DNA from: Escherichia phage SkaterBoy_Bas90
DNA length: 64,000 nucleotides
Sequence record: PQ850626.1
Direction: 5' to 3' (one strand)
The notes under the pieces are model-generated. The model was not told where the DNA came from, ran no database searches, and was given only the letters and a program-made list of their open reading frames with translations. Positions 22,351 through 32,027 of this stretch are shown one piece after another. The stretch's first letter is position 1. The number at the start of each line of letters is the position of its first letter. The translations under genes were made by a program, and so were the position numbers.

Positions 22351-22391
22351 CCTTTAGACAAGAAAAGCCGCCCGAAGGCAGCTTCTTATTT
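22351..22391 (-). terminator. rho-independent terminator (member of a recurring GGC(T/C)GCC-TTCG-GG(C/T)GGCC hairpin family)
   Basis: On the - strand AAGCTGCCTTCGGGCGGCTTTTCTTGTC; T-rich on both sides, so possibly bidirectional. Confidence 0.5.
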
Positions 22392-22575
22392 AACTGTTCA
22401 CTTTAGCTTCAAGTGTTTCGTTTTCAATACTCAAGTCAATCACTACACCAGTAAGCTCAACGACTGCTTGGCGAAGGGCATCTTTACCCATAGAGTGTAC
22501 TTGAGATAAGAAGAAAGCTTTACCTTCTTCAGTGGATAGGGTTTCTTTTAATTCAGAAGCAGTCATTGATATTCC

Positions 22576-22770
22576 TTATGTTATGTTATAAATTCGCATG
22601 ATTGTACCACCATTGGCTTCAATAGCAGCAACCATTTGGTTTCGTTCTTCATCCGTGTAAACTAACACACTTCTAAACTCGCCTGTTGCATCAGTATAAA
22701 GGATGTTATATTTTGGAGGCGGTTTACGGTAAATACCTTCCATCACTCTTTCTCCTCTCGTTCTTTCCAC
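22576..22770 (-). CDS. hypothetical protein
   Basis: 64-aa ORF. Confidence 0.3.
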   Translation of the reverse strand: MERTRGERVMEGIYRKPPPKYNILYTDATGEFRSVLVYTDEERNQMVAAIEANGGTIMRIYNIT

Positions 22771-22926
22771 AGTTCGGCTAGCTCTAGATAGAACTCAGCC
22801 TCATCAGGACGACCTTGTTCATTACAGATGGCGCTCTGACGATAACACCAATCCGATGGCATCTCTTCCACTTCAATCTCCTTGTTACGAACCAATCAAT
22901 AAGAATAGTTCATTCGTCTTATTTAT

Positions 22927-23121
22927 TCACTCTACCAATGCAGGTACTTCTATCCTTTTAACTGTGAATGTCTTGTTTGGAAACTTTCGAACTAGCTCTG
23001 CTGCTTTGGTTATTGCTAAGTTCTCTGTCTCAAAGATACACAGTTGACCATTTAATGCTACGAGAGTGGAGCCACCGCTGAAGACGGCCCAAGATTCATA
23101 ATAACCACGAACACTCATCAC
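22927..23121 (-). CDS. hypothetical protein
   Basis: 64-aa ORF, stop overlaps the next start. Confidence 0.3.
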   Translation of the reverse strand: MMSVRGYYESWAVFSGGSTLVALNGQLCIFETENLAITKAAELVRKFPNKTFTVKRIEVPALVE

Positions 23122-23486
23122 TCAACCTCAATATTATATAGAGTTTTCAGTGTATCTTTAATCCAAGTAATTCTTTTTTGGTTCTTGTGGTGTGATCTGT
23201 TATCCCTATCTCTGAAATATTGGTCACAGCCAAAAGGGTATGTATGGTCCGAGAATTTATCTTGGTTAAACATATTCTTCATGTCATCCACGTCTAGATG
23301 TTTTGTGAAATAATAATACTTCTTATAACAGCGGAAGTTGAAGCATAGTCCGTGATCTTCGTTAAACCAAGGAGGACACTCTTCTGTTTGAGTTATATGA
23401 TAATACTGGAGGAGGAAATCTTCCATCCCTCTCTCCTTGAATAAACACCTAAGTGTTCTATAGATTATATTAGTTTCTTTCATCAC
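23118..23486 (-). CDS. hypothetical Cys/His-containing protein
   Basis: 122-aa ORF immediately downstream of the polymerase gene. Confidence 0.3.
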   Translation of the reverse strand: MMKETNIIYRTLRCLFKERGMEDFLLQYYHITQTEECPPWFNEDHGLCFNFRCYKKYYYFTKHLDVDDMKNMFNQDKFSDHTYPFGCDQYFRDRDNRSHHKNQKRITWIKDTLKTLYNIEVE

Positions 23487-23491
23487 TCACC

Positions 23492-25336
23492 TTAGTGTGT
23501 GTGCATCCAGTTAAGTCCAATCTGACAATCAGATGCCAGAGGACATTCCATGTTCAGATACTCGCCAGCTTTCTTAACACAAAGCTCAGTGTGCTCTTTG
23601 AGTTTCTGTACATCATTACGGTTTACTGAGAATTGACCTTCATCGTGCATATCAATTACCTTAGCACAACGAACCTTATCTTTCTCAATCCACTTGTTAA
23701 GGAACATCATAGCATATTTCATAACAACAGCACCAGCACATTGCAGGAGTGTGTTAAGGGCTTTATGAACCATAACCTTACCAGTGGCATCCCGTCTCAT
23801 TGTAATCTTACGACCATCAACTCCAATCAAGTATCCTTGAGCAGCTTTCTCTGTCATACGATCAATGAGGATTGCAATACATGGGTTCTCTGCTAAGAAA
23901 CGTGCTCGCATCACTGAACCTTCGTCAGCCCCACCACCTACAATTGAACCAAGCTTAGCATCGCCAGCACCGTAGTTGAATGCATAGATAAACGTTTTAG
24001 CGTTGTCACGAGTAGGAAGACCAGCAAGTTTCTGGTTGTGGGAGTGGATATCACCTTCAAGGAGAATATCACGATACATAATAGCAGAAGCTAAACCACG
24101 TTCTGCCAGAGCTTTCTTAGCTGGGTTGTTCTCTTCAATTGCCTCAGCAAGCATATCCCTACACTCTTTAATGAGGTAGTGAGCGAGCATACGAAGTTCA
24201 AGTCCAGAACCATCATACCCCAAGAATACTTCTTTACCAGCGGGTATGTAATATTTGTAAGCGCCTACAGGTTTGTCTTTCTTCCCCGGCTTACCTTTCT
24301 CGTAAATTACGTTAGTACCTTTTCGTATATAACAACCATCAGGAACAACGTTAGTAATAACGAAAGGACGAGAGTGATCACTGTCTGAGTTATAGTCAGA
24401 CTCAAACAAACTGCGACACTCGTGACCAAACAAACCACGGGAGGGAATATTAACCACGATACGATGTTTGAATCGAAAAGTTGGCGTAGCGCAGCTGTTA
24501 GCTTCTGCCGAAAGTTTACCATCTTCGCGTTCCTTTGCTATGAGTCCACTGATAAGACCTAGCCTGTGAGCCGCTACAACGCGTCTCTTAAGCAAACTTC
24601 CGACACTCCCTAGCTCACCCCCTAACCCTTCTTCAAGAGTCTCCTCGAGGTTTGTAGGAGCTGTAGGCCACTTGTTTGATGTGGCTAGTGCTTTCTTAAT
24701 CTCATCAAACGTTACAGGATTACGACGATTCGGGTTTAATCCCAAACCAAATACGTAAGCCTTCATATAATTCTTAGTTTTAAACCTGAAATGCTTTTCT
24801 AAGAACTTCTTAATATCAGCGTCAACCATCTCGGCTGTCTGCTTCTGCTTAGCATTGCCTCGCATCCAAGCAGTATACCATGCTTGGTACGTTCCATACT
24901 TTCTCATATCTTTCTTAATTTCGAAAGTATTCCAAGGCTTCTTAGATACGTTAAACTCTGGAGGAAGAAAGCCCTCATCCATAAGAGCTTCTTTAACTCG
25001 TGCATCTTTCGATGGGTCAAAGTCTACGTATTCGACACAGGTGAAAGCTCCACCAATATCTTCTCTCTTCAGCCCAACCCTATCACAATAGGCTTGAGGC
25101 CACTTCTGTAAAGCTCCAGACTTCTTAAACGGCTTCATGTAAGTAGAGCCGTCTAATCTCATCTTAGGTAAGAGAGGAATCAACTCTCTGTCAATATTAA
25201 CAATAATCTCTTTAAGGAGGTGAACATACCACCGAGCATTTCTTCGGTTGAAACTCACTCCGTGCTTTGCTTGCTTAGAGATTATATCAGCGACAGTCAT
25301 CTCTGTCAAAAATGGAAGAGCGTCCGGGTTGCTCAC
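23492..25336 (-). CDS. DNA polymerase, family A, polymerase domain only
   Basis: Motif A LGYDGSGLELRMLAH, motif B RDNAKTFIYAFNYGAGDAKLG, motif C VIDMHDEGQF; no DEDD exonuclease motifs in this ORF. Confidence 0.8.
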   Translation of the reverse strand: MSNPDALPFLTEMTVADIISKQAKHGVSFNRRNARWYVHLLKEIIVNIDRELIPLLPKMRLDGSTYMKPFKKSGALQKWPQAYCDRVGLKREDIGGAFTCVEYVDFDPSKDARVKEALMDEGFLPPEFNVSKKPWNTFEIKKDMRKYGTYQAWYTAWMRGNAKQKQTAEMVDADIKKFLEKHFRFKTKNYMKAYVFGLGLNPNRRNPVTFDEIKKALATSNKWPTAPTNLEETLEEGLGGELGSVGSLLKRRVVAAHRLGLISGLIAKEREDGKLSAEANSCATPTFRFKHRIVVNIPSRGLFGHECRSLFESDYNSDSDHSRPFVITNVVPDGCYIRKGTNVIYEKGKPGKKDKPVGAYKYYIPAGKEVFLGYDGSGLELRMLAHYLIKECRDMLAEAIEENNPAKKALAERGLASAIMYRDILLEGDIHSHNQKLAGLPTRDNAKTFIYAFNYGAGDAKLGSIVGGGADEGSVMRARFLAENPCIAILIDRMTEKAAQGYLIGVDGRKITMRRDATGKVMVHKALNTLLQCAGAVVMKYAMMFLNKWIEKDKVRCAKVIDMHDEGQFSVNRNDVQKLKEHTELCVKKAGEYLNMECPLASDCQIGLNWMHTH

Positions 25337-25352
25337 TTTATACTCCTTTAAA

Positions 25353-25775
25353 TTATTGGTAAAGTAAATCTGTAAATGCTTGGTTATCTTCTACTACATT
25401 CAACATGGTAGCTTCATCACTATAAGCCCTAACCGTCCCGTTGACAACTGTCCAAGGAGGAGGTGGAGGTGGTGCATGGTTAGCCCTATCTTCACGAGGT
25501 TGCTCTCGTACTAAATGAGCCACAACCCTCTGATTAGCAACTTCTTCTCTTTCTCTGATAGCTCTCTGAATGTAGGCCAGCTTCATGCCCCAAGCTTCTT
25601 CAAACTCTTGAGGGTGTTTATCACTGATAACAACATACTGACGTTCAGTAATACCAGAGCGAATTTCTGATAATAATTCATGGAACAAATCCAGTTCATG
25701 TTCAGTGAGATTCATTTCGATATCATCCCACTTGAGAACTAAGAAACGGTTTGGATATCTAGCTGGTAATGGCAT
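25353..25775 (-). CDS. hypothetical protein with a poly-Pro stretch
   Basis: 140-aa ORF. Confidence 0.3.
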   Translation of the reverse strand: MPLPARYPNRFLVLKWDDIEMNLTEHELDLFHELLSEIRSGITERQYVVISDKHPQEFEEAWGMKLAYIQRAIREREEVANQRVVAHLVREQPREDRANHAPPPPPPWTVVNGTVRAYSDEATMLNVVEDNQAFTDLLYQ

Positions 25776-25938
25776 CCTACTCCACCTCTACTTCAATGTA
25801 AGTTCTCTCGCCAACATCGTCTTTTAAGACCCATGACTTGGCATCTTCTTCCGACTTAAAAGCTTTCACAACGCTGTATCCGCCTTCCCATTCATCGCCG
25901 AACCAGCGCTGTCCTACGTAAATGTATTCTTTCATCAC

Positions 25939-26223
25939 TCAACCTCTTGGGAATGGCATCAAAAATTCCATAGCAGATTTAATCTCATTATTGATTCGTG
26001 AATCACGATAAGAGATAAACTTACCTTTGCTATCACGTAACATCACATGGGTTCTGGCTGTTTTGTGAGGGAGCAATGTGATACTAGTTGGAATAGCATC
26101 AATCCCTACAGCGTATTTGTCAATAGTCTTACTTTCAGCCAACAGATAAGACCAAGTACGCGGTTTCTGCTCCGGGCGGTTAGGGTATGTGTCCCGAATT
26201 TGAACCATAGCTAACTTATTCAT
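25939..26223 (-). CDS. small protein, paralogue of 26225..26479
   Basis: Shares ...RT(N/H)V(L/M)LR...GKFISY(K/R)...FPKG with the adjacent ORF. Confidence 0.4.
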   Translation of the reverse strand: MNKLAMVQIRDTYPNRPEQKPRTWSYLLAESKTIDKYAVGIDAIPTSITLLPHKTARTHVMLRDSKGKFISYRDSRINNEIKSAMEFLMPFPRG

Positions 26224-26224
26224 A

Positions 26225-26479
26225 TTAAACTCCTTTAGGGAATGGGATGAGATTTTCTACTGCAACACGGAAAGATTTTTCTACGTTCTTATTCTTATAA
26301 GAGATAAATTTTCCATCAGCTCCTCGAAGGAGTACGTTAGTGCGAGCTGTATTTGGGTTTTGTTGAATCATAGAACGAATGATGTTCTCTGAACCTCTAT
26401 GCTTATTGGTGAATTTCCAACTGATAGTTTTACCGGTACGAGTTACATCAATGATATTTACGATTTTTACAATAGACAT
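26225..26479 (-). CDS. small protein, paralogue of 25939..26223
   Basis: Tandem duplicate; start overlaps the neighbour's stop. Confidence 0.4.
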   Translation of the reverse strand: MSIVKIVNIIDVTRTGKTISWKFTNKHRGSENIIRSMIQQNPNTARTNVLLRGADGKFISYKNKNVEKSFRVAVENLIPFPKGV

Positions 26480-26511
26480 ATTTATTACCTAAGAAGTTTA
26501 ATTTGGTTTAT

Positions 26512-26545
26512 ATAAAAGAAAAGGCCACCTGATTAGGCAGCCTTT
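26512..26545 (-). terminator. rho-independent terminator (same hairpin family)
   Basis: On the - strand AAGGCTGCCTAATCAGGTGGCCTT followed by TTCTTTTATAT. Confidence 0.45.
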
Positions 26546-26548
26546 GTT

Positions 26549-26842
26549 CTAGAGACGAAGCCAAGTTTGATAGTCAGCTTCAGTGTAATGGTTGTTTCGA
26601 GAGTTATTTTTCATTTCCTTGAGAGTAGCTCTCAGGTCAATGTTATGCTCTCTCCTTGTTCTATTCGGGTCTGTATCTTCTAATAGATGGGAGTGATCAC
26701 TACAAGAGTAGTGCTTATAGTGGTCCCTGTATCCTCTACTTGGAGAATACTTGGTCATTAAAGTTGCAACTCTTTTTACACCCTCTGCTTTACAGAATTT
26801 ACAATAAGTGTGAATTGTACATCTTTTTGTTTCTGCTGACAC
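26549..26842 (-). CDS. hypothetical Cys/His-rich protein
   Basis: 97-aa ORF, CxxC and His-rich. Confidence 0.3.
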   Translation of the reverse strand: MSAETKRCTIHTYCKFCKAEGVKRVATLMTKYSPSRGYRDHYKHYSCSDHSHLLEDTDPNRTRREHNIDLRATLKEMKNNSRNNHYTEADYQTWLRL

Positions 26843-26852
26843 TATAACCTCT

Positions 26853-27167
26853 TTATGAGCTTAAAGCTCCTTTGCGTGCTCCAGCTGCTTTTCCAGCTCG
26901 ATCACCACTTTTGCCGCCGTTTGAACGGTTTGAGCTGACTGATTCAACACGTAAGTTGCTTGACGCATTAGAGCCTCCAGACTTGACAGCTCGTTTGTGT
27001 CCAACGTCTTTACCTCTGACAGCAGCTTTTCCATCGCGCTTTTCAACGATGCGACGTGCACGGTGGCGCTGAGCATCTCCGCTCTTGCTCCCAACGCCTG
27101 TTTCACCACGGGCAATTGCGGTACGTCTTTCTTGTGCATAATCTCTCTTTCCTACATGATCTGCCAT
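26853..27167 (-). CDS. hypothetical basic Gly/Ser/Arg/Lys-rich protein (alternative frame over the same DNA)
   Basis: 104-aa ORF with a strong AAGGAG RBS 6 nt upstream of its ATG; low-complexity composition, so it may be a frame artefact. Confidence 0.3.
   Translation of the reverse strand: MADHVGKRDYAQERRTAIARGETGVGSKSGDAQRHRARRIVEKRDGKAAVRGKDVGHKRAVKSGGSNASSNLRVESVSSNRSNGGKSGDRAGKAAGARKGALSS
26861..27139 (-). CDS. hypothetical helical protein (fully overlapped by another ORF in a second frame)
   Basis: 92-aa ORF with protein-like amphipathic composition; AAGAGAG RBS-like sequence upstream. Confidence 0.35.
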   Translation of the reverse strand: MHKKDVPQLPVVKQALGARAEMLSATVHVASLKSAMEKLLSEVKTLDTNELSSLEALMRQATYVLNQSAQTVQTAAKVVIELEKQLEHAKEL

Positions 27168-27223
27168 TTAGAACTCCTTAATATATCAGTGTACACTAAG
27201 GAGTATACATTATAAGTTACTGT

Positions 27224-27961
27224 TTAAGCTTTCTTTTCCATTGCTTTAACAATCGCCTTACAGAAACCAGAACGAACAATATCATCTGATTCACCATCTA
27301 CAATCTCAGCAAACTCATACAGATCATGTTCATCAATAAAGTTAGTAGCCCAAGTAAGACCACTCTCACGACCACGCATATCATGCTGGTTAGTATCGCC
27401 CATGCAGAACAGCTGAGAGGTTTCTCCCAATCGAGTCATGATCGAGAAGGCTTCATCTTTAGTGGTGTTCTGGAATTCATCAACAATAACAATAGCATCA
27501 TTGAAAGAACGACCACGGAGATATTCCAGAGGTACGAACTCAATGTTACTGTTACCGAGCTGGCATTCATAGAATCCCTTACCATATCGCTGAGTAATAA
27601 CATCAATGATAGGCATCAGGTAAGGTTCAAACTTCTCACGCATTCCTCCCGGAAGTAACCCAAGAGAGTTACCCATGCCGACCGAAGGACGACTCAGAAT
27701 GATCTTCTGAATCTTACCGCTCTTCAGTGCATCAATAACCGTGGAAGTGATTACAAAGGTCTTACCACAGCCCGCAGGAGCGTCTGTGAACACAACTTGT
27801 TTAGTCTTAATAGCATTGAGTAGCTCAGACTGAAACTGGTTCTGAGGGACTACAGGCTTTGCTAAAACCACCTCTTCATACTCTCGCTTACCCTTACGAG
27901 TAACAAGTGCTTCCCGACGAAGGTCTTTCCGTGATTCTTTCCGTGATTGACGACGACTCAT
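27224..27961 (-). CDS. phoH: PhoH-like ATPase
   Basis: Walker A DAPAGCGKT and Walker B IVIVDEFQN with overall PhoH-like layout. Confidence 0.7.
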   Translation of the reverse strand: MSRRQSRKESRKDLRREALVTRKGKREYEEVVLAKPVVPQNQFQSELLNAIKTKQVVFTDAPAGCGKTFVITSTVIDALKSGKIQKIILSRPSVGMGNSLGLLPGGMREKFEPYLMPIIDVITQRYGKGFYECQLGNSNIEFVPLEYLRGRSFNDAIVIVDEFQNTTKDEAFSIMTRLGETSQLFCMGDTNQHDMRGRESGLTWATNFIDEHDLYEFAEIVDGESDDIVRSGFCKAIVKAMEKKA

Positions 27962-28155
27962 TTACGCTCTCCAATTTCTTCGTAATGACATTCAGTAGTT
28001 AAGCAGTCTTTACAGATTGCTGTATAAACCCTGACGTTAGTAAATCGTTTGTTCTTCCCTTTGGTTGGAGAGCCTTTGGCAAGCTCTCTGATAACCTTGT
28101 TACTTAAATGAAGGTTTGTTCCTTCACATCTAGAGCACTTCACCACAATGTCCAC
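27958..28155 (-). CDS. small zinc-ribbon-like protein
   Basis: CSRCEG ... CKDC ... C pattern; start overlaps the PhoH stop. Confidence 0.3.
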   Translation of the reverse strand: MDIVVKCSRCEGTNLHLSNKVIRELAKGSPTKGKNKRFTNVRVYTAICKDCLTTECHYEEIGERK

Positions 28156-28340
28156 TCAGTAAGAGACCACAAGGAGTCACCTATGTGGGAATTGTCATTT
28201 CTGATGAGGTCTTTGATTTTATCAACATCAGTTAAGTTGGTCACATTCAAAATGTCCTCAACATCCGGGGCATATTTAAATATGGCAACAATACTGTTGT
28301 GATCTTCAGCGTATCTTTCTAGAACATAAACTACGCTCAT
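28140..28340 (-). CDS. hypothetical protein
   Basis: 66-aa acidic ORF. Confidence 0.3.
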   Translation of the reverse strand: MSVVYVLERYAEDHNSIVAIFKYAPDVEDILNVTNLTDVDKIKDLIRNDNSHIGDSLWSLTEWTLW

Positions 28341-28660
28341 GCGACGTTAACCTCTTTATGAAGTCTGTAAACAGCTGTCGCCATACAAGCAACAGCTTCG
28401 TTATGTGGGAGATGCATACCTGTAGAACCATCCCAATCTTTAAACTCGTTGTCAAAGACTCCAGTAGGTTCTGGATACAGAGATTGCAACTCAACCAAAT
28501 CGTTAGCAACTTGTTGCCATTTATCATCAGACCAGATAGGGTCATCCAACCAGTAATACAAATAGGAATGGATGATCAATTGCCTTCTATGACGATTGAT
28601 TACTTCAGCGGGACTTATTTCACTTCCATTTGAAGTCCTAAATGTATTACTGTCAATCAT
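28337..28660 (-). CDS. hypothetical protein
   Basis: 107-aa ORF. Confidence 0.3.
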   Translation of the reverse strand: MIDSNTFRTSNGSEISPAEVINRHRRQLIIHSYLYYWLDDPIWSDDKWQQVANDLVELQSLYPEPTGVFDNEFKDWDGSTGMHLPHNEAVACMATAVYRLHKEVNVA

Positions 28661-28905
28661 TTCACAACCTTAAATTTGAATGTTGTTGGGTGATAATAAT
28701 GCAATCTATTGATAGTGTGTTTTGTTTCAAGATATATCCTGCAAGAGTGGCACATGACATGGGTCAGACCAGTTACAGGATTAGGTTTAAAGTTGGCGAC
28801 AGTCTTCTCTTTATTACAGAAGCTACAGATTTTCTTTTCCATCTTTTCTCCAGTGGTCAACGAATTGCTGAAACACTTTACGATCAAATGTGAAATTACG
28901 AGCAA
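28657..28905 (-). CDS. hypothetical Cys-containing protein
   Basis: 82-aa ORF with CSFC ... CHSC. Confidence 0.25.
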   Translation of the reverse strand: MLVISHLIVKCFSNSLTTGEKMEKKICSFCNKEKTVANFKPNPVTGLTHVMCHSCRIYLETKHTINRLHYYHPTTFKFKVVK

Positions 28906-29056
28906 TTCCGCATTCTCTAAAAGTGGCAGGCATATAATCTACATCACCTTCAGATGTATGACCATAGACTTGAATAAGCTTCTTAATCTTATCCTTCTCT
29001 CTTCGAGGAAGCATTCTAAATGCCTCCTGAATATCTGTAATATGTTTTATCTTCAT
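28823..29056 (-). CDS. hypothetical protein
   Basis: 77-aa ORF. Confidence 0.25.
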   Translation of the reverse strand: MKIKHITDIQEAFRMLPRREKDKIKKLIQVYGHTSEGDVDYMPATFRECGIARNFTFDRKVFQQFVDHWRKDGKENL

Positions 29057-29453
29057 AAGGAATTCCTGCTAATCCTCTGAGTTGTGGGAACAGCAATATT
29101 CACATACTCCGCAACATGGACAAATTTCTACACTTGGGTCATATGCATCATCAACTGTCATCCCACACTTGGTGCAGAACACATCGTCATCTTCTTCCAA
29201 CATTAATCCTCCAAACAAGAATCATTCATCAGTAGCTCCAAGCTATCAAGTGTGTAATAATAACCAAAGAATGGGGCTGTTGACTTGGAAACCTTTTTAT
29301 CAAAAAGAGATTGAGAAACATCCTCTTCTACTCCAACATCCTCAAGCTGCGGTTTTGTAGGGTAGTCAGTGAAAGAGCAAAGTACTTCTCTGTCCTCCCC
29401 TCTGTCCGTTTCTTCGACACGACTCAGAATCCAAATACTTTTACTAGCCATTT

Positions 29454-30110
29454 TTAACTCTCCAAAGTTTTCTTCAGAGCTGCCCATGAGATTGGGTAGA
29501 GTTTAGCCATCTCTTCATCCAGAGATTGAGCAAACACTCTAACTTCGTATTGAGCGTGAGAGGAGAGTCGCTGACGACACAACTCAAACCATCCATACAA
29601 AGAACCAGTCCACACCCACTCAGTGATCATCCCCTGAGGGAGTACAAATCTGGCTTGCTCTGGTGCAATAAACTCAATTAACTTGTCATATGCTGCTAGA
29701 GAAGCTTCATATGCATCGTTAATCAACATTAATGCTTCAGCTCGTTCTCCGTCGATGAGTTGAATCCCTGAACCTGCATGGAGGTCCGAAGGTCTAGCAA
29801 AAATCTCTTTAGGGATGAAGACTTCAACTGCTCCATCTTTATACCGCCGGGACATTTCGTTCCACGAGAATCCAACCTGATGCTTGCCCAACTGTCTCGC
29901 AATTGCAATAGGTGCTTTGCATCGGAAACTGACTTGCGGGTGTCGGAATGGGGTAACATGCTTCTCTCTTGCGAGGAAGTTGATGAGACGTTCATCACGT
30001 TCATTTAAATCACCTTCACGGGTTACGCCAAAGGAAACTCGAGCTGCGTTTACTACGCTACGATCACTTCCCATAGCTTCGATTAATGTTGCTTGTAGTT
30101 GTTCATTCAT
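29454..30110 (-). CDS. thyX: flavin-dependent thymidylate synthase
   Basis: ThyX signature ...RHPQVSF ... GKHQVGFSWNEMSRRY... (RHR-x7-S-type motif). Confidence 0.75.
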   Translation of the reverse strand: MNEQLQATLIEAMGSDRSVVNAARVSFGVTREGDLNERDERLINFLAREKHVTPFRHPQVSFRCKAPIAIARQLGKHQVGFSWNEMSRRYKDGAVEVFIPKEIFARPSDLHAGSGIQLIDGERAEALMLINDAYEASLAAYDKLIEFIAPEQARFVLPQGMITEWVWTGSLYGWFELCRQRLSSHAQYEVRVFAQSLDEEMAKLYPISWAALKKTLES

Positions 30111-30125
30111 CCGTGAATATCCTTA

Positions 30126-30401
30126 TTACTTATTGCTCAGGGCTGTGTCCAAAAATGCTTTCAGGTTTGCTTCAGTCTGCATACCAGAGAGGCTATAGTG
30201 TGCACCACTGTTACGGTCAGGCACAACGAAAGCAGGGATACTTCGTACACCATACTTAACAGCTTGTTCACGACCATCACCTTCAAGGATGTTAATCTCT
30301 TCAACTTCTACATCAAACTCCTTAACAACCTTCTCAAAGGTAGGAGCCATTGCTTTACATGGAGCACACTGATCACTATAAAACTTAATTACTTTAGGCA
30401 T
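30126..30401 (-). CDS. thioredoxin / glutaredoxin-like redox protein
   Basis: CAPC active-site dithiol and a cis-Pro-type SIPAF motif in a 91-aa Trx fold. Confidence 0.65.
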   Translation of the reverse strand: MPKVIKFYSDQCAPCKAMAPTFEKVVKEFDVEVEEINILEGDGREQAVKYGVRSIPAFVVPDRNSGAHYSLSGMQTEANLKAFLDTALSNK

Positions 30402-30650
30402 GTAAATCCTTATGCAGTCAGGAGGTGAAGCAGGAATGGGATAACAACAGCTACGATAACCATGATAGTTGATGCTGTTTGAATCTCACCTTTCTTATCA
30501 GGAGTTTCTTCAATAAGCTTACCAGAAGCCCAATAAATACCACCACCAATAAAGATAGCCCAAATACCCCATACGATTGCTGATAACATATATCTATATC
30601 CTTATAAATAAGTTCGCCCCACCTCGGGTTAGGAGACAGGGCGGAGGTTT

Positions 30651-31214
30651 TTAGTAAGACACGTCACCACTTGAATGGGACATGTTGCTCTTGACGAAGT
30701 AGCAATACTTGCCAAGACCTTCATTAATTTCTTGAAGCATACTCTGATCGACAGGGTAGGTGGCTAAATCACCATCAAACTCATCCATCTTCTCAATAAT
30801 ACACATCAAGGTCATGCACATATCAGAGAGCATACCGTCCATGTCTAGATCAGCGTTACCCTCTGAGAACCAAGCATGAGAGAGGTAGTTAGCTGCTGTA
30901 GCGTCCACTTTAACACAGTGGTAACGCATACGTTCAGCAATACGATCTCCTACCTGTCGTGCGTAATCTTCCAGCTCGTCAAACATACCATGAACACCCT
31001 GAAATCCTGAACCAGAGACGTTCCAGTGGTAGTTTTTAGCTTTGATATGCAAGAGTTCCATGTTAGCTTGCAAGCAGCTCAGAATGTGTTCTAGGCTGTT
31101 TCCACTAATCATACCCTGCATTGTTTCAAGGCGAGAGATTGATAGGTCGGACCGGTCTAACATACTATAGCTGTCACGACCAATCTCAGGTAAATCAAAG
31201 ACATTCTTATGCAT
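30651..31214 (-). CDS. Dps / ferritin-like protein
   Basis: NYHWNVSGSGFQGVHGMFDELEDY matches the Dps signature HW-x-V-x-G-x5-H-x-x-F-x-E; start trimmed to ATG 31214 (GGAG RBS). Confidence 0.55.
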   Translation of the reverse strand: MHKNVFDLPEIGRDSYSMLDRSDLSISRLETMQGMISGNSLEHILSCLQANMELLHIKAKNYHWNVSGSGFQGVHGMFDELEDYARQVGDRIAERMRYHCVKVDATAANYLSHAWFSEGNADLDMDGMLSDMCMTLMCIIEKMDEFDGDLATYPVDQSMLQEINEGLGKYCYFVKSNMSHSSGDVSY

Positions 31215-31536
31215 TTGGGTTTTCTCCATCAAGTTCAACCGAGTTAGCAACATTACGTGCAATATTATCCATTACCTGCTGGGTAATTACGATGCAGTTC
31301 TGTGGGTCTACTGACTTAGAACGCCCCATTTCAGGGTCATACACCTTAACCCGCTTAGCAGTTGAACCTGTAACCTGAAGAACCTTCAACAGATATCCCT
31401 GATTACCAATAGACCAAGCAACAACATCACGATTCTTGATAAAGCGACCAAGCATATCACGATGATAAAACTGTTGCATCACCTTGGATTTTGTAATCTC
31501 TTCAGTGGGCGGGGCCACTTTACTCAAATCTAACAT
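31207..31536 (-). CDS. hypothetical protein
   Basis: 109-aa ORF; an AAATGTATA motif lies about 40 nt upstream (31576..31584). Confidence 0.3.
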   Translation of the reverse strand: MLDLSKVAPPTEEITKSKVMQQFYHRDMLGRFIKNRDVVAWSIGNQGYLLKVLQVTGSTAKRVKVYDPEMGRSKSVDPQNCIVITQQVMDNIARNVANSVELDGENPNA

Positions 31537-31608
31537 AACTCTCTCCTGTAAAATACAAATTCTTATTGTACTCTATATACATTTGAGAGTTACCATATCT
31601 ACTACCAA

Positions 31609-31818
31609 TCAGTAGTAAATTACTTTAGACATAAAAGAACCAGTGTTAGGGTCTTCATACCAGCGATGTATGTCAGCGCTTTTTACTATTGTGCCCAGAG
31701 TCTTCAACTGTTTCTTAGCAATACGAGCCTCTTTGCGAGTATCAAACAATTTGATGTTATCTTTTCTCATGTGTTGCTCAAGATCCCAAACAACATGAAT
31801 AGCCCACATCTTTTTCAT
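31609..31818 (-). CDS. small basic protein, member of a tandem triplet
   Basis: About 69 aa ending in ...YY; resembles the next two ORFs. Confidence 0.4.
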   Translation of the reverse strand: MKKMWAIHVVWDLEQHMRKDNIKLFDTRKEARIAKKQLKTLGTIVKSADIHRWYEDPNTGSFMSKVIYY

Positions 31819-32027
31819 TAGTAATGTACCTTTCCGCTGATATAAACACGACCAGAAGAATACTCCTTGGCCTTATGGATACTGATACTATTAACCACGT
31901 CACCAGTAAGCATAGTCTTTTTAAAATCTCGAGCTTGTTGGCGAGTGGGTAGTGCAGTCATAGTCATGCCACCTGATGCCCACTTAATCTTTGCTAACCA
32001 AAATTGTCTCATGGTGATTGGTCTCAT
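31818..32027 (-). CDS. small basic protein, member of a tandem triplet
   Basis: About 69 aa ending in ...VHY. Confidence 0.4.
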   Translation of the reverse strand: MRPITMRQFWLAKIKWASGGMTMTALPTRQQARDFKKTMLTGDVVNSISIHKAKEYSSGRVYISGKVHY

